This document shows, piece after piece, positions 38,155-47,437 of a stretch of 64,000 nucleotides of DNA. The translations under genes and the position numbers were made by a program. The number at the start of each line of letters is the position of its first letter. Position 1 is the first letter of the stretch. The notes beneath the pieces are model-generated. The model was not told where the DNA came from and did not search any database. It was given only the letters and a program-made list of their open reading frames with translations. Origin of the DNA: Anaerolineales bacterium (GTDB lineage: Bacteria > Chloroflexota > Anaerolineae > Anaerolineales > UBA11858); NCBI GenBank assembly GCA_041686005.1, contig JAWLER010000006.1, forward strand, positions 17,635 through 81,634. The letters run 5' to 3'.

Positions 38155-41100
38155 ATGTATAAAAATGTTCGCTTATGTATCTTGCTCCTTGTTTTGGTCT
38201 TTCCGCTTGCTGGCTTCAAAACCCTGCCTGAAAATCAAGAAGAAATCCATATTATTGATGATGCTGTTTTTCATAATGTTAACGCAGGGCTGGATCTGGG
38301 CAGTGCCGGAGAAGCTGTGGATGTGCTTCAGGAGGCGCTTGAAGCACATCACCCAGCATGGGCGAAGCAAACTTGGGAAGATTACCACGGGAAGGAGCGG
38401 ACGCTCGCTTACTACCTGTGGAACGTCAGCCATGCGCAGCTGATCAGGGTTAATCCCCGCGTGCTCCTGGTCGTGGTGGGCGTATCCTTGGATTGGCAGA
38501 TTCCCGTCGAGGGGGAATTGTCGGATGCCATCTCTGACGCAGGGGTGGCGCTTTCAAACCACTATTGGGAGTTCAAGTTCAGGCAGGATGTGCGGGATCG
38601 CCATCCCCGCATCGCCAATCCATCCACCTACGCGCTGTATGCCGTTTTGGATTACGACTCGAAAAAGCTGGATGCCTGGCAGCAGGCCTACCAAGGGATG
38701 TTCCCCAAGGAAACGTCCATCCTCAGTGTGAGAGACCTCGGGACCGCGTTTCCCCGACCGTTTATGAGCAAACCCTTTGAACAACTGGACGCTCCAACCC
38801 CTTTTTATACCATCTTCTCTTATCTGGATCATGATGCGCCTTATGATTATGATCAGGGTACGCTTTCCCGATTCGATGGGTTTGAATTTCCGGGCACGCT
38901 CGATGAATGTGATGCTGGGAAAAGCTGTTACAGCGGACATGAAGGGTATGATTTTGACACGGGTCGGGATTTCCCCAGCACAAAACCGGCCATCTATCCC
39001 GTCGCTGATGGCACAGTTACAGAGGTTTTTGGCCCTTGTGGGCAGGTGGAAATTAAACACGGGGGCAAAGGTGTGGTCACTGTTTATATGCATATGGAGG
39101 ATATCCAGGTCTCCGTAGATGACCCTGTGTCGACGGATACGGTCCTTGGGTATACCGGCAATGTTGCTGATGGGAAGAATTGTAAAAGCACGGGCGCGCA
39201 CCTTCACTTCCATGCCTATGCGGAAGGGAACTCGATTGCCTTTATTGACCCTTATGGCTGGTGGGATGTAGAGGGGGATTCTGATCCACTGGAAACGTAC
39301 ACGGGCGATGAGAAAAGTGGGAGTGCGTGGCTGTGGAAGGGAGACGAGGCGGGAGATGGGTATCTGATTGTGGACAACAGCGAATCGCAGGCTCAACTTT
39401 TCCACCTCCCCAATGATCGCGAGGACGGTCAAACGTGGTGGTATGATGCCAACGGATACCGGGATGGATCCTGGTGGACATATAGTGTTAAAAATGAAAA
39501 GAAAGCCACCAATTGGGCGATCTGGGGTACCGATATCGGGCAGTCAGGTACCTATTGTGTCTCTGCTTACTGGCCGCGTTATGATGAAAACACAACCTCA
39601 GCCCGCTATCGGATCTTCGGTGCCGGTCAGGGGCTGATAGACACTGTCGTGGTGGATCAAAATGTGGAAGGGTCTGGCTGGGTCCCCCTAAGGGAGGTCG
39701 ATTTAGAAACAGGGCCCGCCGTGGTCATCTTGACTGATTTCGTTGGTTCCAATGGAGCTGCCGGTAGGAAGGTGTATTTTGATGCCGTGAAATGGGAAGA
39801 GGGACCATGCGTTTCACCCAGTCCAACCACGCCTCCCGGACCTACAACAACGCCCACCCCGCCGCCCGGGTCTTCGACCATCAAAGTTCAAGTCAACCAA
39901 GGCACGGAGGACGCAGGGGTCGAACCCGGTGGGTGTGTTTACAGTACGACTTACAATGAAATTTACATCGGTGAATGCGACAACGGCACGTTGATCACCA
40001 GCGGGTTCCGATTTGGTGACGTTCCCATCCCGCAGGGGGCGAAAATCCTGGAGGCGTACCTTGAGTTCACCGTGGATGGATTCTATGATGTCCCCCTTTT
40101 GGTCCGCATCAGCGGGCAGGACAGCGGGGATGCCCAGCCGTTCAGCGGCACAGACCAGCCCTCGGACAGGCCACAGACGGCTGCCTCAGCGGCCTGGGAT
40201 ATCCCGTCCTCTGAGGTATGGAATCTGGGAGATATCCATCAATCGCCTGAATTGAAAGATGTCGTTCAGGAGATCGTTTCCAGGCCGGATTGGGATGCTT
40301 ATCAGGGAATGGCATTCATCCTGGATACCCTGAGTTCTGCTCCCAGACGTCACCGACGGGTGATCGGCTATGAGCGGCCCGACTGGTATCCCGGGACCGA
40401 ACACGCTGCCCGGCTGGTGGTGACCTTCAGGGGCACCATCCCACCCACACCGCCACCATCCCCGACGTCGCCTCCGCCCACCCCCACGCCATCCCCGACG
40501 CCGACACCGACCCCGAAACCGATCTGCCCCATCGAGGGATTGTTGGACTTTCTGAGCTCGAGCTCCGTTTCTTTGTCTGGGGCGGAAGCTCCCCGAGCCA
40601 CCGGCACGCCGCAGGTTTCATCGCTTTCGGTTGCCAAACGTCTGACCCAAGCGGTTGACATGATCGAATTTGCGCCGCTGCTGCACCAATTGCGAGATGA
40701 GATCTTGGCGCAGACCGAAGAGGGACAGCGCTATATCGCCCTCTTTGAAGAGCACATGACGGACATTTCGCTCATCCTCTTCCCGGACCAGGTGCTCTAC
40801 CAGCAGGGGTACGATGTCCTGAAATCTTGGGAATCCAACCTGCAGGCCTTTGTGGATGGAAAAGGAGCCCAAGTCACCATATCCGAGGATCAGGTCTCCC
40901 AGGTGCTGGATTTCCTGGATGCGCTGTCAGAAGAGGCCAACCCGGAACTCCAGGAAGTGATCCGTAACGAGAGGGAACGTCGACCCTTGGAAGGGCTGAT
41001 TGGCTTATCCATGGACGAGGCCTGGAATTTCGTCAACGGATATGAGTTGACCTGGCTGTCACCTGTGGTGAAAAAGGATCCTTATCACACTGTTCCCGGC

Positions 41101-41382
41101 AGCACGATCCCAGTTCAATTCAGCATAGAAACGCAGGAAGGTGAATTCGTCGAAGATGACTCGGTCTCCCTTCAGGTGGTCAATCAAGCCGGTGAGGTGG
41201 TCTCTGGTCCCCATCATGTTGGGAGAAATCCAGCAAAGGGGATCACGATTCAGGGTAAAAAGTATCATCTGAATGTACAGACCAGAGGCTTGGAACCGGG
41301 ATTGTACAGGGTGGAGGTGTACTATAACGCCGTGGATCCCGAGGAACCGGCAGCTTGGAACCTTTTGTTGAAGGAAAAATAA
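38155..41382 (+). CDS. large secreted multidomain M23 (LytM-type) metallopeptidase
   Basis: The start at ATG 38155 has AAGGAG upstream. It has a signal peptide, M23 motifs HEGYDFD and GAHLHFH, further beta-rich modules and two PT linkers. Length is about 1075 aa. Confidence 0.8.
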   Translation: MYKNVRLCILLLVLVFPLAGFKTLPENQEEIHIIDDAVFHNVNAGLDLGSAGEAVDVLQEALEAHHPAWAKQTWEDYHGKERTLAYYLWNVSHAQLIRVNPRVLLVVVGVSLDWQIPVEGELSDAISDAGVALSNHYWEFKFRQDVRDRHPRIANPSTYALYAVLDYDSKKLDAWQQAYQGMFPKETSILSVRDLGTAFPRPFMSKPFEQLDAPTPFYTIFSYLDHDAPYDYDQGTLSRFDGFEFPGTLDECDAGKSCYSGHEGYDFDTGRDFPSTKPAIYPVADGTVTEVFGPCGQVEIKHGGKGVVTVYMHMEDIQVSVDDPVSTDTVLGYTGNVADGKNCKSTGAHLHFHAYAEGNSIAFIDPYGWWDVEGDSDPLETYTGDEKSGSAWLWKGDEAGDGYLIVDNSESQAQLFHLPNDREDGQTWWYDANGYRDGSWWTYSVKNEKKATNWAIWGTDIGQSGTYCVSAYWPRYDENTTSARYRIFGAGQGLIDTVVVDQNVEGSGWVPLREVDLETGPAVVILTDFVGSNGAAGRKVYFDAVKWEEGPCVSPSPTTPPGPTTTPTPPPGSSTIKVQVNQGTEDAGVEPGGCVYSTTYNEIYIGECDNGTLITSGFRFGDVPIPQGAKILEAYLEFTVDGFYDVPLLVRISGQDSGDAQPFSGTDQPSDRPQTAASAAWDIPSSEVWNLGDIHQSPELKDVVQEIVSRPDWDAYQGMAFILDTLSSAPRRHRRVIGYERPDWYPGTEHAARLVVTFRGTIPPTPPPSPTSPPPTPTPSPTPTPTPKPICPIEGLLDFLSSSSVSLSGAEAPRATGTPQVSSLSVAKRLTQAVDMIEFAPLLHQLRDEILAQTEEGQRYIALFEEHMTDISLILFPDQVLYQQGYDVLKSWESNLQAFVDGKGAQVTISEDQVSQVLDFLDALSEEANPELQEVIRNERERRPLEGLIGLSMDEAWNFVNGYELTWLSPVVKKDPYHTVPGSTIPVQFSIETQEGEFVEDDSVSLQVVNQAGEVVSGPHHVGRNPAKGITIQGKKYHLNVQTRGLEPGLYRVEVYYNAVDPEEPAAWNLLLKEK

Positions 41383-41774
41383 ATGTAGTCAGTTCGTGAT
41401 CTGAGTCCAACCGCATGAAAGGGGGATGCTCACCAAGGTCTCCCTTTCCGGGTGGTAGGCTCTGAGATGTTTCGCTGTGAAGACATATAAGGGGGTATCA
41501 TTCAGGCAACTGGGGAAGGTCCATGGATGGAATCCAGGGACGAGGGAAAATCACGTCCAAATCCATTCATCATTTCAAAACTGGTCTTTGGGTAAATCCG
41601 GGGGACAGGGATGTTGCATGGACTGTGCCGCAGCAGTGGACTTTCTATATTTAAGCCATGAAGGGTGAAGATATGAATCTGGCAGCGACGGTCCCCATGA
41701 TGACCAGCACCGAACGCCCATCGACAATCAAAGTGGGCTCGGAAGCAAGTAGAACCCTTACTGAATCAGATTAC

Positions 41775-42755
41775 CTATCCCTGTTTTTTCTTTTTGGTCA
41801 GGAAGAACACGAACCCGGCGAAAATGAGGGCCACGACGATTGCGCCGCCCGCCAGGGCTAATAGGGCCAGGACCAAATTGCGTGTGATAAATGGAGACGG
41901 GCCTTCTGCGGTTATTTCTTGTATTGCCTCTTCTTCCTCCATTGGGGCGTTTAATAAAGGGGCGACATGTTGAGCGAGGACGTTTCCTGAGAGATCTGTC
42001 AGGATAACCTCCACATAAAGCGTTTCCGGTTCATCAGCAATTCCGCTCCAGTCCATGGAGAAGGATCCCTCCCCTGAAAAATCTGAGAGGTGCCGAATAG
42101 GTAAACCGTCGACAAGGGCATTCGAGCCGTAGCACTTTATAACTGCATCTATGAAGAGATCTTGCGGATGTCCATCATTTTGAATCCACCCTTCAACGGT
42201 TACCTCACCACCGTCATCGACCTCTGCTTGGAGATGTTGTATTTTGACCTCAGATTGGACATAATCAATCGCAAACTGGTATGTTTTGAAAAACAAGGCA
42301 TCCTTACTTTCCGGTTTGTAACGAAAGGGATAGAGGTTGATCTGGAGGGTTGCGCTCTCATCATAATTCTGCCATACCTGCCAAGTGAAGTCATCTTCGG
42401 GATACCAACCTGGGAGCATTTCGATGGGTAACTCGGGTTGATCTTCCAGAATGATAACAGGCAGATTCAAGCCTGGGTGTTTCTCGGGTTCGGACCTTTC
42501 GAGCAATCTAACATTTTGAACCCGGTAACCCGGCGGATAATCTTGGGAAACACTATAATATGGAATCTGGGGACGGCCCTGTTCAATCAGAAGCTGGTCA
42601 CCCCCTGGGATCTCAACGATGTCCGCATCTCCCTTTTGGGATATGACGATGTCCGGCACCGTAACATCAAGTCTGGCTGGTGGCTCATCTACCGCTGTGG
42701 CGCCCACCAACATGAGCGCGAATAGGATTATAGAATATACATGTGCGCGCTTCAT
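41775..42755 (-). CDS. type I membrane protein, possibly with a C25-propeptide-like ectodomain
   Basis: 326 aa with a signal peptide and a C-terminal TM helix plus KKKKQG tail. The segment VEIPGGDQLLIEQGRPQIPYYSV..PPGYRVQNVRLL resembles the G-x-P-x-[IL]-P...P-x-G module of C25 propeptides (recalled from memory). It starts 6 nt after the upstream gene. Confidence 0.5.
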   Translation of the reverse strand: MKRAHVYSIILFALMLVGATAVDEPPARLDVTVPDIVISQKGDADIVEIPGGDQLLIEQGRPQIPYYSVSQDYPPGYRVQNVRLLERSEPEKHPGLNLPVIILEDQPELPIEMLPGWYPEDDFTWQVWQNYDESATLQINLYPFRYKPESKDALFFKTYQFAIDYVQSEVKIQHLQAEVDDGGEVTVEGWIQNDGHPQDLFIDAVIKCYGSNALVDGLPIRHLSDFSGEGSFSMDWSGIADEPETLYVEVILTDLSGNVLAQHVAPLLNAPMEEEEAIQEITAEGPSPFITRNLVLALLALAGGAIVVALIFAGFVFFLTKKKKQG

Positions 42756-42761
42756 CTTCGT

Positions 42762-45700
42762 TCACCTCCCTCCAAATGTGGGGTCGCCATATAAGTTATA
42801 TTCATAACAGACAAAACGCCAAGTTTCTGTAGTTCGTACAAGTTCGCGTTTGACAAGTGTCAACGCTTCTCCAACCGTTGGCGAACCATCCAAGAATTTT
42901 TCGAAGAACTCCTTGCCAATGAGATGGCCGCTGGGTGACTTCTCTGTTGCACCGATGTAAACAGCCGCCTGGCGTGTCAGCATTGCGCGAGAAATCGCGT
43001 TATCCCCGCGATAATTGCCTGTTAAACATGAGGATGCAAAAATCACCGGTGAACTCCTTCTAAAATTGAGAGGCGTGATCCCAGGTTCATCCGGACCGCC
43101 AAGGTACATCTCTGTTGCTGAGCCGCATTCACCGGAAACGAAATTGTCAAGCGCCCAGCCCCAACTGCTTGGATTTCCGTGCCCACCCCAATAAATTAAA
43201 TCTACATCCACGGCGCCTGCTTTGATCAAGGAGCTTGACGCGTTTGCAGCCTCGCATTCACTGCTGTACGAGGTGTGGTAGACTCCAGGGATACCCCTGC
43301 GATCTTCCTCGACCTGCTCCGCCTCGGATTTGCTGATCAATGCTTCTAGATCAGAAAGAGCGGTGGGGGGGTGTGTCTTCGGGCACGGTGTGCCATCTAT
43401 TTCATGACCAGGTATGCCGGTGCATTCGTAATCACCGCGAATTACTAATGCTTCCCGCAGCAATTGCGTCAAGGTCGTATAGTATTCTGTATGAACGAAA
43501 TCCACTTCTATTCCATGGCTTTCCATGTTAGCAGCGATCATGTTGGCGCGGTCGATAAACCCTTCCCATGTATCTTCATGTCCGCTGACGAGAAGAGCGT
43601 GAGACCGGTCGAATGATTTTCTACCCAATTCAACCCCTACTGAGGCGTGTAATGCTTCTATTAGTTCTCTAGGGTTTCTTCCCAGGATCCTTCCCACCCT
43701 TAATTCCGGCCAACCGTCTTCGTTCCAAATATCTGTGTAGGGGTAATCTGTGTCGCGTACCGAGGTATAGACCGTGTCCCCCATTTTCACATGGAAGCCG
43801 GAAATATCGAAGGAGGGGAGGATGTTGGTTTCGCCCACCAACAGTACATAACCTCCATGGAAGAACGATTCATCCATCCTGTTTGCCCAATCCCCGCTGT
43901 AGCCCATGCCGGTATATCCGATGTTATCTTTTAAAGTCCTCCCACTATTCCATTCCTCGCCCGGTCGTCGGTACCCCAAAACGGCATGCTTATTGATGGC
44001 GAACGAAGCTAACGTGCTGAGTAATGCATTTGCGTCATCATCGTAGTAGTGAAAAAGACGTTCTGGATCAGTGATTGTGATGAACTTGACCGATTTGAAG
44101 GCTTCTCCGATCTCTTCCGGGAGTAAAGGCAGTGGATAAGAAGTATAGTCTCCAGGGATATAAGGGTCAGTGAATTCCAAACTGTTTTCGTGGTCCTCTG
44201 CATCCCTGAATGTGATCCGGGTTGTCCTGCCAATGGTGTAATCATTATCCATTGGATCTAGAAGAACTGGCACCAAGTCGTAAGAAATTGTCACCGAATC
44301 TCCTGCCGGGATCACCTCGTAAAACTGCGAAACCGTGACCGCGCTGTATTCATACGAGTAGGAGCTTTGGATCATACCTCTTGCAGACTGGTAATCCTTA
44401 CTGATGTCTTCAATGAGTACGTTATGAGCGTCCTGCATTTCGCTGGATCCTATGTTGCGGACCGTTAAATCGACATGGAAGTAGTGCCCTTCATTTGTGA
44501 CATTCCGTTCGATCCCGAAAGTCGGTTGTGGTACTTCACCTTTCGTTACTTGAATTCCGGCATGACCGGCATTATCGAATCTGTCCCAAGCTTGGACTTC
44601 CAATACAATCGTTTCGCCTTCGTCATATTCTCGCGTATCCCACAGGTAACGCAAGGTCATATCACCGTCTGATTCAGGTGGAATGTCGGGCGGAGTATCT
44701 TCGGAGAAAGGATTAAAGTACCTCAAATGCCGAACTTCTTCCTCGTTGATTTTGAGGATAGCTTTGTTGATCTGAAGATTGTTCTCGTGAGTGATGTGGG
44801 CTCGAATTTCCACTACACCTGATACCTCTTCTCTTGAAGAGGGATTCTGAATCGTCACTTGTACAGGGGAGAGTTCTACAGCGAGACGGTTTTCAATAGG
44901 GATCAGCCGTTTTAGTTCACGAACATTTCCTGAGTTGTCGATGACTTGAACGGTGATGTCGTGGTCGCCCTCATCCAGCAGTGTGGTGTCTAGATGCCAT
45001 TCGAAAGGGGATGAGAAGTCGGTCCAATGTGGAGTGTCATCTATCAAAAAGATCACCCTGTCCACGCCGATGTTGTCCACCGCGTCGACTTTGAGCTGGG
45101 CTTTTCCGGACAGCGTATCCGGTGCAAGCAGCTCCATGCTGGGGCTTTCATCATCCCCCAGGGGTGCGGTCAGAAAATGGAGTTGTCGGCTTGTGACGCT
45201 ATTGCCCGCAGGGTCTAGAGCCTGAACCACATATTGGTAGGGTGTTGCAGAGCGCAGGTTGGTGAGGGTAAGACAGTGCTCCTTCACCAGGGCTTCATCC
45301 TCGAGGGAAAAGCCGGGTGTCCCTGCTTGGAAATCGTAGCGTACCCTGCCTGTCGTGGGTTCGTCCGTCGTCCAGCAGATGCGGGTAGAATCCTGGGTCT
45401 GTTGATCTGCAGCAGGGCCTGAGATAAAAGTTGGAGGGGTCTCGTCAAGAGGGGTGGGTTCAGTGGTCGGAGGGGGTGGAGGCGTTACCGTTTCGGTAGG
45501 GCTGGGGATGGGAGTCTGGGTAGGGGTTTTGGTAGGCGGAGGTTGGGTCGGCGTTGGCTCCGGGGTGGCCGTGGGCTGGCGTTCGATGTGGGGGTCGACC
45601 CACACCGCCCAATCCTGTCCTGAACTGCCATGCGCATCGGCGTACAAGTAAAGGATGCCGTCATACCCGGCGTATTTGCTCAGGTCTACATTGATGGTTC

Positions 45701-46217
45701 TCAACTTTCCATCGTGCCGATCTACCACCTCAGCCAGTTTCGTTTTTATCTCACTCTTTCCGGGATACACATCGTAGAGTAATGAAAATCTCACCTCTCC
45801 AGCGGCTGCGCCTTTCAAGAATCCCACTTTGGCGACGAAACGATCCCCCTTCTGGATGTCGATCCCAAAATCAGCTAAGCGGAACGCGCCGTAGATGTAA
45901 CCATCGGTCATCCAGCGGGGATGGGTCTCGAAGCTTTTTTGGGCGGGTTGATCGTTCTCCAGCGTATAGTTGGGTCCCAGCGGGATCACGAAACCGCGGT
46001 TGTCGGCCTTATCGCCCGGGCAGGGAAGCTCCTCTTCCTGCTGCTGCGGACCGCCGCTGTACCAGGTGGCCTGGCAGCAGTGATCGTAGAAGCTGAAGAC
46101 ATTCGTATTGGCAGGAGCAGGTGCTTTTTGCATCCCCCATTCGTTGATGGGGGGCGAGACGATCAGCGACGTCAGGATGAAGAGCGCCAATGGGAAGGAT
46201 CTCATGAACCGGTACAT
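42762..46217 (-). CDS. large secreted multidomain protein with a C-terminal clan-CD (gingipain/C25-like) cysteine peptidase domain
   Basis: The start at ATG 46217 has AGGAGG 7 nt upstream. It has a signal peptide, a PT linker, FN3/Ig-like modules, and a His-Cys dyad in caspase-fold order (IYWGGHGNPSSWG ... VIFASSCLTGNY). Confidence 0.7.
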   Translation of the reverse strand: MYRFMRSFPLALFILTSLIVSPPINEWGMQKAPAPANTNVFSFYDHCCQATWYSGGPQQQEEELPCPGDKADNRGFVIPLGPNYTLENDQPAQKSFETHPRWMTDGYIYGAFRLADFGIDIQKGDRFVAKVGFLKGAAAGEVRFSLLYDVYPGKSEIKTKLAEVVDRHDGKLRTINVDLSKYAGYDGILYLYADAHGSSGQDWAVWVDPHIERQPTATPEPTPTQPPPTKTPTQTPIPSPTETVTPPPPPTTEPTPLDETPPTFISGPAADQQTQDSTRICWTTDEPTTGRVRYDFQAGTPGFSLEDEALVKEHCLTLTNLRSATPYQYVVQALDPAGNSVTSRQLHFLTAPLGDDESPSMELLAPDTLSGKAQLKVDAVDNIGVDRVIFLIDDTPHWTDFSSPFEWHLDTTLLDEGDHDITVQVIDNSGNVRELKRLIPIENRLAVELSPVQVTIQNPSSREEVSGVVEIRAHITHENNLQINKAILKINEEEVRHLRYFNPFSEDTPPDIPPESDGDMTLRYLWDTREYDEGETIVLEVQAWDRFDNAGHAGIQVTKGEVPQPTFGIERNVTNEGHYFHVDLTVRNIGSSEMQDAHNVLIEDISKDYQSARGMIQSSYSYEYSAVTVSQFYEVIPAGDSVTISYDLVPVLLDPMDNDYTIGRTTRITFRDAEDHENSLEFTDPYIPGDYTSYPLPLLPEEIGEAFKSVKFITITDPERLFHYYDDDANALLSTLASFAINKHAVLGYRRPGEEWNSGRTLKDNIGYTGMGYSGDWANRMDESFFHGGYVLLVGETNILPSFDISGFHVKMGDTVYTSVRDTDYPYTDIWNEDGWPELRVGRILGRNPRELIEALHASVGVELGRKSFDRSHALLVSGHEDTWEGFIDRANMIAANMESHGIEVDFVHTEYYTTLTQLLREALVIRGDYECTGIPGHEIDGTPCPKTHPPTALSDLEALISKSEAEQVEEDRRGIPGVYHTSYSSECEAANASSSLIKAGAVDVDLIYWGGHGNPSSWGWALDNFVSGECGSATEMYLGGPDEPGITPLNFRRSSPVIFASSCLTGNYRGDNAISRAMLTRQAAVYIGATEKSPSGHLIGKEFFEKFLDGSPTVGEALTLVKRELVRTTETWRFVCYEYNLYGDPTFGGR

Positions 46218-46653
46218 GGTAAGTCCTCCTTCCAAGCGATGCCATTGGCTACAGAAGGTCGGGTGGTGTCATTTGGTTTTGGAGCGTTATGGTAAAAGCG
46301 ATGTGCGATGTGGGGGTGGACTCTCTGCAGTCCGGAACGCGTTGAGATGGGTGTTTCTTATTTCCATGTTTGATTATAACGCTGGATTAAATGGGTGTCA
46401 ATTAAATTACGTTTTCATGCACGGGCTGGGATTTGGCTGGTAAGTCGTTAGAATCCCCATCAGAACGAAGTGAGCATCAAGGGTTTTCTTGTGGAATGCG
46501 CCTCACGATCCAGAGGATCGCCAAGCTGTTAATGAAGGAGCCCTCTCTTATGTGGAACCGTAAAAGGTGGTTTTTGATGGGGAGAAAGATCCTGGAAATC
46601 CGTCGTTTTTTCATTTGGTTTGATAGCATATATTTAACGGAGCTGCTTAACTA

Positions 46654-46682
46654 TTGACATGGAAGGGGGGGTTTTGTACACT
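46654..46682 (+). promoter_or_regulatory. candidate sigma70 promoter of the tad operon
   Basis: TTGACA (46654-46659), a 17-nt spacer, then TACACT (46677-46682), about 50-60 nt upstream of the cpaB start candidates. Confidence 0.5.
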
Positions 46683-46702
46683 GGGAGTAGACGAGGGGTG
46701 AT

Positions 46703-47434
46703 TTGGAGAGAGGGGGGAGGGGGAATGGGAGGATGGGGGAGATGGTCACGAAGCGGGGAAAGCAGCAACGATCTGTGGGAAAAGCGCCCACCACCACACC
46801 TGACTGGCAGGCAGCGGTTCGCAGGCGCACCCGTTTTTATGCCTTGGTCGCGGTCCTGCTGGCAGTCCTTTTTGGGATCCTTGTCTACCAATTCTTTTCC
46901 CGCCAGCAGCGCTATGCGCCCGGCGATTTGACCCCGGCGGTCTTTACCCTTCAAGATGTGGAGATCGGGACCGCACTGACCCCAGAGATGCTTGACATCC
47001 GGGAGGTGAGTGCCCAGGCAATCCCCGAGTCACACTTCAGGTATGTTGAGCAAGCGATCGGTCAGGTCACACTGTACCCCTTGGTCAAAGGGGAAGTCGT
47101 TATACCGGAGAAGCTGTCGGGGAAGAAAGGAGGGGCAGTTGCCCAGCGCTGTCCATCCGGCACTTGGTGTGTGAGTGTGCCGGTGGCGTGGTTTATCGCT
47201 GCTCCCCCTGATTTGTCAGAAGGGGACCGGCTGGAGATCGCTTCCGTTTTACCCGGGGAGAGCATTGAAAAGGCTGGGTTTATCGCCACTGAGGTCCAGG
47301 TGGTGGCATTACCTGGCGATGAGGAACCGCCCGCCTATGTCTTAGCCGTCGATGATCAAGAAGCGTTGTCCTTGCTCTATGCCCGGGCCAACAAGTTCCA
47401 GATGTTTGTGTTGCTTCGACCTGGAGGAGGATAG
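46703..47434 (+). CDS. cpaB: Flp pilus assembly protein CpaB/RcpC-like (SAF domain)
   Basis: N-terminal TM helix and a SAF-like segment (VFTLQDVEIGTALTPEMLDIREV...PLVKGEVVIPEKL). It is the first gene of the tad cluster. The true start is probably ATG 46733 or 46742. Confidence 0.8.
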   Translation: MERGGRGNGRMGEMVTKRGKQQRSVGKAPTTTPDWQAAVRRRTRFYALVAVLLAVLFGILVYQFFSRQQRYAPGDLTPAVFTLQDVEIGTALTPEMLDIREVSAQAIPESHFRYVEQAIGQVTLYPLVKGEVVIPEKLSGKKGGAVAQRCPSGTWCVSVPVAWFIAAPPDLSEGDRLEIASVLPGESIEKAGFIATEVQVVALPGDEEPPAYVLAVDDQEALSLLYARANKFQMFVLLRPGGG

Positions 47435-47437
47435 GCG

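Noticed and set aside
46433-46657. 74-aa ORF upstream of cpaB as the missing Flp pilin.
   Set aside because: Its sequence (basic and aromatic, for example ..MWNRKRWFLMGRKILEIRRFFIWFD..) lacks a Flp-type leader, the G/xxxxEY processing motif and a hydrophobic pilin helix.
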